Below, in pieces: positions 54,300 to 63,794 of a DNA stretch of 64,000 nt (within the stretch, counting starts at the first letter, position 1; the number at the start of each line of letters is the position of its first letter). The translations under genes were made by a program, and so were the position numbers. Below the pieces are notes generated by a model, which saw only the letters and a list, made by a program, of their open reading frames with translations, had not been told where the DNA came from and did no database searches. The stretch is taken from the NCBI GenBank assembly GCA_030448055.1, contig JAUJNR010000002.1, positions 329,882 through 393,881 on the forward strand, read 5' to 3'. The DNA comes from Pyrinomonadaceae bacterium (GTDB lineage: Bacteria; Acidobacteriota; Blastocatellia; Pyrinomonadales; Pyrinomonadaceae).

Positions 54300-57200
54300 A
54301 TGAAAAAACCAATTTACTCTGACTTTCGGTTCATCAAATTTATTTGGATACTTTTACTCGTCGCCGGACTCAGCGGCGCGGCGTTCGGTGCAACATTTAA
54401 GGTGACGAAAACCGCCGACACGAACGACGGAGTGTGCGATGCGGACTGTTCTTTAAGAGAAGCTGTTGCGAAAGCTAACAATGCTCCTACCAATGATACT
54501 GTCGAATTTGACCGCAATGTTTTCAACACGCCCCAGGCAATCACCCTGACCGGCGGCGAGATTGTGATTTTCACTTCGGGCGGTCTGACTATCAATGGCA
54601 CCGGCGCGAATCTGCTGACCATCTCCGGCAGTATGCAGGGACGCATATTTAATATGTCCCTGACCAATATCCCGACTCAGCCGATTACGCTCAACAACCT
54701 GTTGCTGACAAACGGAGCAAGCGGCGCGAGCGGCGGCGCAATCAATAAAGAAAACGGCGCGTTAATTATCAATAACTTAATCGTCCGCGACTGCACCGGC
54801 AGCACCGGTGGCGGATTGTCCAGCGCAGGCGGCAATCTGACAATTAACAATTCGACTTTTAGCGGCAATTATGCTTCTCTCACCAGCGGAGCGATTTACC
54901 ACGCCGCCAGCCAATCCATTGATGTATTTACGATGACAAATTCTACTGTCAGCGGCAATACGTCTCAACAACTCGGCGGCGGGTTGCGCGCCTTCGGCAC
55001 AATCAATATCACTAATTCGACAATCGCCTTTAACACAGCCAGAGAAGGCAGAGGCGGCGGCATCGCTAATGAATTGAACGGGTCTTTTACAAGCCTACGC
55101 AATACAATAGTCGCTAACAATGTTTCATTCGTCGGCAACGCGCCGGATTTTTCCGGTAATATTATATCGCAGGGCTTTAATTTGATCGGAAACACAACGG
55201 GCGCGACCATTAGCGGCACGACGGCGGGAAATTTGCTTAATGTCAATCCGAGACTCGCCCCGCTCGACCTCAATGGTGGAAAAACGCCGTCGCATTTATT
55301 ACAGCCGAGCAGTCCGGCGATTGACGCAGCCGACCCGAACAACGTTTTGCCGACAGATCAGCGCGGCGTTCCGCGCCCGCTCGACGGCGATTCAAACGGC
55401 ATTGCTTTATCCGACATCGGCGCGTTTGAAGCCGGAGCAAAAGTCGTTACCAAAACCGCCGATACGAATGATAGTATTTGTGATGCCGACTGCTCTTTGA
55501 GAGAGGCAATCGCGGCGGCGAATGGTTCAACCACTAATGACGCGATTTTATTCGCGTCGCTTTTTAACTCGCCGCAAACGATTACATTGACGAACGGCGT
55601 GCTGATCGTTGCCAACAACGGCAGTTTGTCTGTCAATGGAACAGGGGCAAACTCGTTGACTGTCAGCGGCAACAACGCGAGCGGCGTTTTTTTTGTTCAA
55701 GGTGCTGCCGTTACGTTCAACGATTTGAAGATTTCAAACGGAAAGATAACCGGCAACGGCAGCGGTGGCGGCATCGCTAATCTGCTTGGCACCGTCACAA
55801 TCAATAATTCAATCGTCAGCAATAACTCGACTAATCTTGAGCCTTCTAATTCTAACGGCGGCGGTATTTATAACAATGGTACGATGACGATTAATAATTC
55901 AATCATTAGCAACAATTCAACGAGAGGGCAAGGAGGGGGCATTTCGAGCGAGGACGGCTCTGTCAGCGGTTTGAACGTAGCATTGACAATTAACAACTCT
56001 ATTATCGCCGACAATACAACGCTCGGAAACGGAGGTGGTATTTACAGCGGCAATGGTTTGCGCGGCTCCCTGAATTTAAATAATACAGTGATCAATCACA
56101 ATACGGGTGCATTTGGTGGCGGCGTTTCAATTAGCTCGACGGCGAGCTTGAATAATGTAACGGTTACTAATAATTCTTCGCTGCAAGGTTATGGGGGCGG
56201 CATCCTAAACAGTAATTTCAGTGCGCCGATAACAATCGCCGATTCTAATATCAGCAATAATACGGCAAGTTTTGGCGGTGGTGGGTTATTCAATGGCGAT
56301 GGCGCGCAAACCACGATTACAAGTTCAACCGTCAGCGGTAACATGGCTCAAGGAGGTGGCGGCGGACTGCGCAACTATAGAGGCAGAATTAATCTAATTA
56401 AATCAGTCGTCAGTAATAATTCGGCAAATACCGGTGACGGCGGCGGCGTTTATACCGAAAGCGTCAACGCTGTATTCAACGCGGATAATTCGACAATCAG
56501 TAACAATTCCGCGCAGAACGGTGGCGGCATTTATAACTTAGGCACACAGACGACCACCCTGACTAATTCAACCGTCAGTCATAATACTGCCAACAGTGGC
56601 GGCGGTGTATATAATGCTCCTTCCAACGTGATTACCGCCCGCAACACTATTATTGGGGATAATGTAGCGACATTCGGAGATTCGCCGGACGTAAGAGGTA
56701 CGCTGGCATCGCAAGGCTATAATTTAATTGAAAGCACGAACGGAACGATAATAACCGGCACGACGGTCGGCAATATCATCGGACAAGACCCGCAACTTGC
56801 GCCGCTTCGCGGCAACGGGGGCGCGACACAAACCGTTGCCTTAATGCCGACCAGCCCGGCTATTGACGCGGGCGATTTGGGAATTTTACCGGCGACCGAC
56901 CAGCGCGGCATCAATCGTCCGCAGGACGGCGATCTTAACGGCTCATCCCTGCCCGACATCGGCGCGTACGAGCGGCGAGCGACCGATGTTAGCGGGGCGA
57001 CTCTTTTTGATTTTGACGGCGACGGAAAATCCGACGTTTCCGTCTTTCGACCCGCAGACGGAACCTGGTATCTGCTGCAATCGGCTTCGGGTTTTACCGG
57101 CAGGCAGTTCGGTATTTCTACAGATAAACTTGTTCCGGCGGATTACGACGGCGATGGTAAAACCGATGTCGCCGTCTATCGTTCGGGAACGTGGTATCTG

Positions 57201-57797
57201 CAACGCAGTTCGCTTGGCTTCACCGGCATCGCCTTTGGAAATTCAGATGACGTTCCCGTCCCGGCGGATTATGACGGCGATGGCAAGGCGGATGTGGCAG
57301 TTTTTCGTCCGTCAAACGGGACTTGGTATTTGCAGAGGAGCACGCTCGGATTTACTGGAATTCAATTCGGACAGACGGGCGATAAACCCGTCGCGGCGGA
57401 CTACGACGGCGACGGCAAAACCGATGTCGCCGTGTATCGAGGCGGCACTTGGTATCTGAATCGCTCGCAACTCGGATTCACCGGCGTAACATTTGGCTTT
57501 GCCGATGACAAACCCGTGCCAGCCGACTATGATGGCGACGGGAAGGCTGATGTGGCTGTATTCCGACCCTTGAATGGAACGTGGTACCTGCAAAGAAGTC
57601 AATTAGGATTTACCGGCATCGCTTTTGGTTTGGGAACTGATTTACCTGTTCCAGCCGATTATGATGGTGACGCGAAGGCGGATGTGGCAGTATTTCGTGA
57701 CGGAACATGGTATCTGAACAGAAGCACGGCGGGATTCGCCGGAGTTGCTTTCGGCACAGCAACCGATAAACCGGTTCCTAATACTTATATTCCTTAA
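54300..57797 (+). CDS. large secreted CSLREA-motif / parallel beta-helix protein with C-terminal FG-GAP/VCBS-like repeats
   Basis: Signal peptide from the internal ATG at 54300 (MKKPIYSDFRFIKFIWILLLVAGLSGAAFG). Two DGVCDADCSLREA-type motifs. Many NxS/GGG beta-helix rungs. Eight copies of ADYDGDGK.DVAV(F/Y)R..GTWYL. Confidence 0.85.
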   Translation: MKKPIYSDFRFIKFIWILLLVAGLSGAAFGATFKVTKTADTNDGVCDADCSLREAVAKANNAPTNDTVEFDRNVFNTPQAITLTGGEIVIFTSGGLTINGTGANLLTISGSMQGRIFNMSLTNIPTQPITLNNLLLTNGASGASGGAINKENGALIINNLIVRDCTGSTGGGLSSAGGNLTINNSTFSGNYASLTSGAIYHAASQSIDVFTMTNSTVSGNTSQQLGGGLRAFGTINITNSTIAFNTAREGRGGGIANELNGSFTSLRNTIVANNVSFVGNAPDFSGNIISQGFNLIGNTTGATISGTTAGNLLNVNPRLAPLDLNGGKTPSHLLQPSSPAIDAADPNNVLPTDQRGVPRPLDGDSNGIALSDIGAFEAGAKVVTKTADTNDSICDADCSLREAIAAANGSTTNDAILFASLFNSPQTITLTNGVLIVANNGSLSVNGTGANSLTVSGNNASGVFFVQGAAVTFNDLKISNGKITGNGSGGGIANLLGTVTINNSIVSNNSTNLEPSNSNGGGIYNNGTMTINNSIISNNSTRGQGGGISSEDGSVSGLNVALTINNSIIADNTTLGNGGGIYSGNGLRGSLNLNNTVINHNTGAFGGGVSISSTASLNNVTVTNNSSLQGYGGGILNSNFSAPITIADSNISNNTASFGGGGLFNGDGAQTTITSSTVSGNMAQGGGGGLRNYRGRINLIKSVVSNNSANTGDGGGVYTESVNAVFNADNSTISNNSAQNGGGIYNLGTQTTTLTNSTVSHNTANSGGGVYNAPSNVITARNTIIGDNVATFGDSPDVRGTLASQGYNLIESTNGTIITGTTVGNIIGQDPQLAPLRGNGGATQTVALMPTSPAIDAGDLGILPATDQRGINRPQDGDLNGSSLPDIGAYERRATDVSGATLFDFDGDGKSDVSVFRPADGTWYLLQSASGFTGRQFGISTDKLVPADYDGDGKTDVAVYRSGTWYLQRSSLGFTGIAFGNSDDVPVPADYDGDGKADVAVFRPSNGTWYLQRSTLGFTGIQFGQTGDKPVAADYDGDGKTDVAVYRGGTWYLNRSQLGFTGVTFGFADDKPVPADYDGDGKADVAVFRPLNGTWYLQRSQLGFTGIAFGLGTDLPVPADYDGDAKADVAVFRDGTWYLNRSTAGFAGVAFGTATDKPVPNTYIP
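57005..57780 (+). repeat. about 120-bp in-frame tandem repeats (8 units) encoding the FG-GAP-like modules
   Basis: Recurrent GATTACGACGGCGATGGTAAAACCGATGTCGCCGT...TGGTATCTG units. Confidence 0.8.
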
Positions 57798-57820
57798 ATT
57801 ACTCGAACATTAAAGAAGAA

Positions 57821-57852
57821 AAGCCGTGAGTTTTAATGCTCGCGGCTTTTTC
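57821..57852 (+). terminator. rho-independent terminator of the large secreted protein gene
   Basis: AAGCCGTGAG-N8-CTCGCGGCTT followed by a T-rich tail (TTTCTT). Confidence 0.75.
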
Positions 57853-58117
57853 TTGGAAAGATTACCTAAATGAAAATAATTATCTACCCTAACCCTTAAA
57901 TACACGCCTTTGATAATAAAAGGTTGCAAAATCAAAAAGAGGGATGCGGGTAATATCTTTTCCAAGCTCTGGAATTATTCCAGCATTGAGATTATTAACT
58001 AAGCGCGTTCATAGCGCGTTCATACATTCATCTCCTAAAGGCTTCGACAAGTGAAATATCTTTCGGAGCCATTTTTATTTTCAGAATCATAAAAGAAACC
58101 AAACAAAACCTTACATA

Positions 58118-58143
58118 ATAAAAAAGCGAACCGAAATTCGCTT
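58118..58143 (-). terminator. rho-independent terminator of the minus-strand pair 58831..58153
   Basis: AAGCGAA-N6-TTCGCTT followed on the minus strand by TTTTTT. Confidence 0.65.
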
Positions 58144-58152
58144 TTGCTAAAT

Positions 58153-58437
58153 TTATATTGTAATTATTTCGTCGTCGGATTGGTTGTCGTCTTCGCTTTT
58201 TTGCAAACTGTCCGGCAGGTTGCCCCACCATTCGGACAAAGCGTTTTTGAATTGAATTTTATAAATTTTCAATCGCTCGAAATCTTTTTCGTTCTGAAAC
58301 ATTTCAAGGCGAAGATTGCAAGCCAAATCAAAATCTAAAGCCGTCGCCTTATCTTCGATTTCAAGCAGTTGGCTCGGCAGCTTCCCGAATTTCTGCGCCG
58401 TCTGCGCTATCAACAGAAGTTTGTGTTTGTTCGACAC
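58153..58437 (-). CDS. hypothetical acidic protein overlapping the previous ORF
   Basis: A 94-codon ORF in the +1 frame relative to 58361..58813, followed by a terminator. Confidence 0.4.
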   Translation of the reverse strand: MSNKHKLLLIAQTAQKFGKLPSQLLEIEDKATALDFDLACNLRLEMFQNEKDFERLKIYKIQFKNALSEWWGNLPDSLQKSEDDNQSDDEIITI

Positions 58438-58813
58438 GAAAAGTTTTTAAGCCGCCCGCTTCACCACCCTTCATTACAATTTGAGAAATAAAATCGTAAT
58501 CTTCCGGCGTGATTTTAAAAGGCGAAATCTCGTTTTCGTTTTTTGGCGCGAGTGTGATTTTCGGATTTACGCAGGCGTAATCAACAGCATCACGGATAAA
58601 CATTGCCGTCTGCATAATCTCATCAGCCGTGAGATTTTTTTCTATTTCCTTTTCAACGGCTTCTGTATTGCCTGTTCTGATTTGTTTCAAAACTTCGGCG
58701 GTCATTACCGACGGCAGTTGACCGTAATAAATAAAGAAGTGTTTCGGCAGCGGGCGAAGCGTCCAGACGCGACCGCTCGGCGCGGTGACTTGGTAAGTGG
58801 TTTTGTTTTCCAT
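58361..58813 (-). CDS. hypothetical protein, possibly a phage tail assembly chaperone
   Basis: Its size, acidic C-terminus, 77-nt overlap with the next ORF and adjacency to a tape-measure gene suggest this role. No motif-level support. Confidence 0.4.
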   Translation of the reverse strand: MENKTTYQVTAPSGRVWTLRPLPKHFFIYYGQLPSVMTAEVLKQIRTGNTEAVEKEIEKNLTADEIMQTAMFIRDAVDYACVNPKITLAPKNENEISPFKITPEDYDFISQIVMKGGEAGGLKTFRVEQTQTSVDSADGAEIREAAEPTA

Positions 58814-58907
58814 AAAAGAAAGAATAATCAAAAAAATACGCAGTTATTTAAAAGTTTGAAAAGTGTTTTAAGAAATAACCAAGGCGTCAAATCGGCATCA
58901 TTGAAGA

Positions 58908-61547
58908 ATGATAAGTAGCGATGCGATTGGGCTTCTTTTTGCCGCAAAATTTGAGGGCGACAGCGCGAAGAAAGATTCGGCGCAGCTAAAAGACGCAATC
59001 AATAAAGACGTTGCCGATATTGAGAAAACCGGCACGGGCGCGACGGGTAAAGTGTCCGGCGGCTTTGATGCCGTTTCGGACAAAGCTAAAGTGGCGGGAG
59101 CGGCAATTGCGAGCGTGGCGGCTACTGCCGTTGGAGTCGGCGCGGCTTTTTTTAGTCTGGCGAAAAATGCGGCAGACGCGGGAACGGAAATCAGCCGCTT
59201 TTCAACTCTGACGGGCTTTTCCGTCGAAACCGTCGGCTCATTAAAAATCGCTTCCGAGCAAGCCGGACTTTCTTTAGAAAATATCGAAGAAGTTTACGAA
59301 AGTTTTATCGAGCTTTTAGTTGACGGCAGCAAAGGCGTAGAAGACGCGACCGAAAAACTTGTAAAACTCGGCATTGACCCGCAACAAGGCGCGAAAGACG
59401 TTGAAAAATCCTTTGCCCAAGTGGTAAAAACCGTCGGCAGTATGCCTGACCAAGCATCGAAAGCCGCCGCCGCTATGAGCGGGTTTGGAGAAAGCGGACT
59501 TTCAATGATTAAAGTCGTTGATGCTATGGGCGGCGATTTAACCGCCTTTACCGCGAAGATGAAAGAAAACGGCGTTGTGATGGACGCTGACGGCATAAGA
59601 AAAGCCAAAGAATTTGATAAGCAATATAAAGAACTTGGTTCTCAGATTCAAGGCACGGCTAACATTTTCGCCACCGAATTTATGCCCGAACTCACAAGCG
59701 GTATGGGCGATTTGACGAAGTATTTTGCAAACAATAAAGAAGAAGTAAAAAGTTGGGGAAATTCGACGGCGAACGTCTTGCGCGGCATTATTGAAACCGT
59801 CAAAGAATTATCGGCTGAAATCTCAAAAATGCCGCAACTTGTAATTGACGGCGAAGACAGAAGTTGGTGGTCATTTGCGGCTGGTCCCACGCTCGAACTT
59901 CTTCGTCAAAAAGGAAAAACGGCAAGGCAGCAAGACCCGCCGGTAACGCCCGACGCGCCGAGCAAAGAAGCGACTGACAATAAATTTCTAACTGACCAAA
60001 CCAAACAGCGCGAAGATTCGGAAAAAGCTAGGCAAGCCGCAGAGAAAGCCGCCCGCGAACAGCAACAGGCAGTTGATAAATTGATTGCGTCTCAAAAAGA
60101 AAAAACACAACAGGCGTTTGAGGAATTATCCAATCTCACGAAAAAAAATTATGAAGAAAGACTTATTAGCGGGCAAAAATATCTTGAAGATGTTTTGGCG
60201 AACGAAAGAAAATATCGAGAAATTCTTGTCCAGTTAGTCAGCAATGATTCTGACAATCAAATTGCGCGGGAAAAAAACAAAACGGCACGCGAAGCCTTGC
60301 AAAACAACCAGGTCGTCGCCTTAGAAAAAATAACTATTGAAAGCAATCAGCGAATTGCCGAAGCAAATAAATTCGTTGAAGATTCCGAGAAAAAAGTAAC
60401 CGACACTCAAACTCAGGAAACCGAAAAAAGAGTAAGGATTTCCGAAGAAGAAGCGGCGCGGAAAATCGCCATTCAAAAATCGGAAACTCAAACGGCACTT
60501 GCCGAACGCGCCCTTGCTCTAAAAAACGGGCAAATCACAGAAGCGGCATACACAAAAGCCGTTATCTCATTAAGAGCCGAAGCATTAGATTTTGAAAAAC
60601 AACAACTTCTTGCCTTGACGCAAACGATTGAAGTTCAGCAAAGAATAAAACTGCTCGACGGTGAAATTGCCCGCCAAAGAATAGAAAACGCCATTGAAGC
60701 GATTGACGCTATCAACAAAGAAACCGAAGCCCTCGAAAAACGCCGACGAGCCGACCAAGATTTTTACGACGCGCAAAACGCGAAAAAGAAAAATTCGCGC
60801 GACCCGCTTAAAAAACGCGAACCGGAAGACGGCGGCGTTATAGGGGATATTTTCGGAGAGGCGGGCATTGAAGACGCGACGGCGGGTATTACCAACCAAG
60901 CCGAAAAAATAAAAGCGGTTTACGACGATTTGGCGGCAAGTTCAAAAGCGGCAATCGGTTCGATGGTGCAGGGTTTGGGACAGCTTGCCGCGCAATGGCT
61001 TTCGACAGGGCAATTCAGCGCGAAAGCAGCGTTGCAAATGGTTTCGGGCATCGCGGCGGGCTTGGCAATCGAAGCCGGACTAAAAGCGTTGATGCAGCTT
61101 GCCGAAGGTCTGGCAGCAGCGGCTAATCCTTTTACAGCGCCTCTGGCTTTTGGACACTTTGCGGCGGCTAAAGCCTACGGAGTTGCGGCGGCGGCGGCGG
61201 GCGCGGTTGCCGTCGGAAGTGGGCTGGCAGCCAGAGCATTCGGCGGCTCATCAGCCGCGAGCGGCGCGGCACGCGAAAACTCCGGCGCATACGGCTCGGC
61301 TGGCAGCGGTTCTGGCAACGGCAATCGTTCAGGAAATTCCCAACCACAGGCGTATTCAGGCGCGGGCAACGATACTCGAATTGTCGAGAATGGTATCAAT
61401 ACGCCGTTTCAACTTCACCGGCACGAAATTGATTTGGTCGGCGAGAGCAGACGAGAAAGTATGACGATTGAAGTCATAAAAAGAAACGTCGGAAACAATG
61501 GCGATTTGCGCGATTTATTCAGAAAAATAGCAGACGACTCAGCTTAA
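58908..61547 (+). CDS. phage tail tape-measure protein
   Basis: N-terminal hydrophobic and core region (AAIASVAATAVGVGAAFFSLAKNAADAGTEISRFSTLTGFSVETVGSLKIASEQAGLS), a long Lys/Glu/Gln coiled coil, and a Gly/Ala/Ser-rich C-terminal part. Confidence 0.8.
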   Translation: MISSDAIGLLFAAKFEGDSAKKDSAQLKDAINKDVADIEKTGTGATGKVSGGFDAVSDKAKVAGAAIASVAATAVGVGAAFFSLAKNAADAGTEISRFSTLTGFSVETVGSLKIASEQAGLSLENIEEVYESFIELLVDGSKGVEDATEKLVKLGIDPQQGAKDVEKSFAQVVKTVGSMPDQASKAAAAMSGFGESGLSMIKVVDAMGGDLTAFTAKMKENGVVMDADGIRKAKEFDKQYKELGSQIQGTANIFATEFMPELTSGMGDLTKYFANNKEEVKSWGNSTANVLRGIIETVKELSAEISKMPQLVIDGEDRSWWSFAAGPTLELLRQKGKTARQQDPPVTPDAPSKEATDNKFLTDQTKQREDSEKARQAAEKAAREQQQAVDKLIASQKEKTQQAFEELSNLTKKNYEERLISGQKYLEDVLANERKYREILVQLVSNDSDNQIAREKNKTAREALQNNQVVALEKITIESNQRIAEANKFVEDSEKKVTDTQTQETEKRVRISEEEAARKIAIQKSETQTALAERALALKNGQITEAAYTKAVISLRAEALDFEKQQLLALTQTIEVQQRIKLLDGEIARQRIENAIEAIDAINKETEALEKRRRADQDFYDAQNAKKKNSRDPLKKREPEDGGVIGDIFGEAGIEDATAGITNQAEKIKAVYDDLAASSKAAIGSMVQGLGQLAAQWLSTGQFSAKAALQMVSGIAAGLAIEAGLKALMQLAEGLAAAANPFTAPLAFGHFAAAKAYGVAAAAAGAVAVGSGLAARAFGGSSAASGAARENSGAYGSAGSGSGNGNRSGNSQPQAYSGAGNDTRIVENGINTPFQLHRHEIDLVGESRRESMTIEVIKRNVGNNGDLRDLFRKIADDSA

Positions 61548-61868
61548 ATGAGATACAAAACTTTTATCGGAATAGTAATGATTTTTCAGAACACGGAAAA
61601 CCATTTTACTCTTGAGCCGTTTATGTGCGCGGCAAAAGACGAAAAAGAAGCCAAAGAAAAAACTGAAAAATACGCTCAAAATTTTATCGAGAAGCATCGC
61701 CTCAATTACCGAAACTTTTTGGTTACGATTCACGAGCAAAAAGAAAACCGCATCCGGCGAATTTTGCACTTTGCGCGAACGGGATATTTGCGAGATAAGC
61801 CAAAAAGACCAAAGATGATTCGCGGGAAAATCGAATTAAAATTGAACGATGGCGTTATTTATATTTGA
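61548..61868 (+). CDS. hypothetical protein
   Basis: A 106-codon ORF starting at the tape-measure stop (TAAATG). Confidence 0.45.
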   Translation: MRYKTFIGIVMIFQNTENHFTLEPFMCAAKDEKEAKEKTEKYAQNFIEKHRLNYRNFLVTIHEQKENRIRRILHFARTGYLRDKPKRPKMIRGKIELKLNDGVIYI

Positions 61869-61877
61869 CTGCTCTTA

Positions 61878-62120
61878 TCAAATTAACTTCGTCGGACAGC
61901 GCCGCAACGCCGGTTTTTCCTTTATCAGCGTTCGCCCGCGCCCGCAGATTTTAGTTTTCAACTCTTCGACTTCTTCCAGGCAGTAAAGCGTCTGCCCGCC
62001 CGCCGGATACTTGGTCAGCGCGTTTGTTCCGCGCGACCCGGCATACAGTCCGCTCCGGGAAACGAACGGCAGCAGACGCAGAACTTCTTTCGGCGTGATC
62101 AGTGTGATTTCTTTCGACAT
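61878..62120 (-). CDS. small AlpA/excisionase-like protein (weak)
   Basis: LITPKEVLRLLPFVSRSGLY... resembles an HTH start. 80 codons. Confidence 0.4.
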   Translation of the reverse strand: MSKEITLITPKEVLRLLPFVSRSGLYAGSRGTNALTKYPAGGQTLYCLEEVEELKTKICGRGRTLIKEKPALRRCPTKLI

Positions 62121-62218
62121 ATATTTATTTGCTCCCTTAGTGATTCAACAGCTAAATTGTTATCGCTCAAAACGCGAAAAGCCGCGCTTTCAGCCGTCGG
62201 ACCGAAAGCGCGGTTTTT

Positions 62219-62530
62219 TTAAGTATTTTTCACCTCTGAATGTTTGCGGATATACGCGCCGCGCACGTTATCTGTTTTCACAAACTCAACTTTTCCCAGG
62301 TAATTTTTTTCAATTGCCAGAAGCAACTTTTTAATGCATTTCCGGCGCTCGCCGCGGCGAAGTTTTCCGCTGGTGATGATTCCTTTTTGCATTTCGCCTT
62401 TGAACTCAAAAACAAAACAAAATGCGTCAATGGAATTTAAATTGCCATTAAAAACGGTTACATCTTTTATTTGGTAAACAGTTTTGTAAGCCGAATTTAA
62501 AATCTGACTTTCGGGCGTGGTATTTTTCAT
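62219..62530 (-). CDS. hypothetical protein
   Basis: A 103-codon ORF followed by a 10-bp-stem hairpin (CCGCGCTTTC/GAAAGCGCGG) at about 62177..62208. Confidence 0.5.
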   Translation of the reverse strand: MKNTTPESQILNSAYKTVYQIKDVTVFNGNLNSIDAFCFVFEFKGEMQKGIITSGKLRRGERRKCIKKLLLAIEKNYLGKVEFVKTDNVRGAYIRKHSEVKNT

Positions 62531-62775
62531 TGCAGCACCTCCGCGTCCAAAGCATCGCCCGTCGTGCCAACCGTTTTCAGTTCCGGCTCCGGCTCAAATA
62601 TGGCTTCAAATTGCGCTCGCCAGTAATCGGCGGAAAAAGTCACTTCCGTATGCTGTTCATTGAAAAGATTCCAAATGCCGTCTTTCCACCATTCAGGGCA
62701 ATCTTTATGCTCGCAAACCGCTTCTAACAGTTCGGGCAATTCGTTTTTTATTTTGATTGTGTTATTGTTTTTCAT
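62527..62775 (-). CDS. hypothetical protein
   Basis: An 82-codon ORF with a 4-bp overlap onto the next gene. Confidence 0.5.
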   Translation of the reverse strand: MKNNNTIKIKNELPELLEAVCEHKDCPEWWKDGIWNLFNEQHTEVTFSADYWRAQFEAIFEPEPELKTVGTTGDALDAEVLQ

Positions 62776-62851
62776 CTACGATCTCCTTTTGGTTTTTTAC
62801 CGATTGGAAAGAGAGGCTTAGGCAGCGGCAAACTACCTAAGCCTTTCGTGT

Positions 62852-63268
62852 TTAGTTGATTCTTATCGCGCCGATCCGCTCCACTTTGGTGTAACCATTG
62901 TTTTTCAGATACGGAATTTCTTCGCCTTGCATCCTTACTTCCGTCGGCGCGTTTTCAGCTTCAAGGTAAAGGCGAACCAGGCGAGCAGCTGCCCGATGGA
63001 AGCACGGCGAACCCTGCTCGAATGCGCGGCATTGACAGACGCCGTTTGCCGTGTAGATGTTATTGCTTTTCTGCGACCAGATGATCAGACTGTGATCGTC
63101 TTCTTGATAAGTCATAAAGACGCCGTTTTCTTCGATCTCGACTGCTGCTTTAGCGATGGCGTTAATCCATCGTTTTTTCATTCCCGCATCCGTAACGGTC
63201 AATTCAATTTTGGCGAGCGCGTCCGCGATCACTTTTCCGAACCTGTCTTTGTTTTCTATTTCTAACAT
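62852..63268 (-). CDS. SWIM zinc-finger protein
   Basis: The motif GVCQCRAFEQGSPCFHRAA fits the CxCx(n)CxH pattern. Confidence 0.7.
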   Translation of the reverse strand: MLEIENKDRFGKVIADALAKIELTVTDAGMKKRWINAIAKAAVEIEENGVFMTYQEDDHSLIIWSQKSNNIYTANGVCQCRAFEQGSPCFHRAAARLVRLYLEAENAPTEVRMQGEEIPYLKNNGYTKVERIGAIRIN

Positions 63269-63402
63269 TTAGTTTTGCTCCGTAATTTGAATTTGATTGA
63301 ATGTTTCAATCTGTAATTATTCTATAAAATTTTATAGAATAACACAAGCTAAAACTATAATATTTTGCAGTTTTATGGAAAATAATTTACAATCAGTTTG
63401 AT

Positions 63403-63612
63403 ATGGAAGAAACGACAAAGTTAATGAGTATTAAAGAAGTTGCCGAAGCAAAGAAAATAACTGTTGGGCGCGTTTATCAGTTAATCAATGAGGGTAGCTT
63501 GCCCGCGCAAAAAATTGGCACTCATTTTGTTGTTGCAAAGTCTGATTGTGATTTGCTTGTTATTCACGGCAAGCCCGGCAGACCGCCAAAGAGTAATAAA
63601 GGCATCTATTAA
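63403..63612 (+). CDS. helix-turn-helix protein with basic GRPPK tail
   Basis: Paralogue of 27440..27634. Confidence 0.7.
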   Translation: MEETTKLMSIKEVAEAKKITVGRVYQLINEGSLPAQKIGTHFVVAKSDCDLLVIHGKPGRPPKSNKGIY

Positions 63613-63687
63613 AGAATAATTTTGAGCAAAGAAAAAGACTACCGAACAGTAGTCTTTTTAATTATTACAATTCTTTGGTGTGAATAT

Positions 63688-63794
63688 GGGTGTGAACAAT
63701 AATTTTGGCTATTCAATAATCACGCCAAACCCTTATAGATATTGGCTCCGCAGGTAATACTCGAACCTTCAACCCTTCGGTTCACAATCGAATG
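63688..63794. repeat. right boundary repeat of element A
   Basis: GGGTGTGAACAATAATTTTGGCTATTCAATAATCACGCCAAACCC...TGGCTCCGCAGGTAATACTCGAACCTTCAACCCTTCGGTTCACAATCGAATG aligns with 45485..45592. Confidence 0.75.

Larger units (their letters stand above)
45485..63794 (+). mobile_element. about 18.3-kb integrative element (element A) bounded by imperfect direct repeats
   Basis: Repeats of about 107 bp (roughly 73 percent identical by eye) lie at 45485..45592 and 63688..63794, each ending in a tRNA-3-prime-like sequence. The interior holds integrase, HTH proteins, Prim-Pol, RusA, a tape-measure gene and a SWIM protein. Confidence 0.55.

Noticed and set aside
58361-58437. A programmed -1 frameshift (G/GT type) joining the two overlapping minus-strand ORFs next to the tape-measure gene
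   Set aside because: The downstream ORF is in the +1 frame relative to the upstream one. I found no XXXYYYZ heptamer in the 77-nt overlap. The pair is also on the opposite strand from the tape-measure gene.
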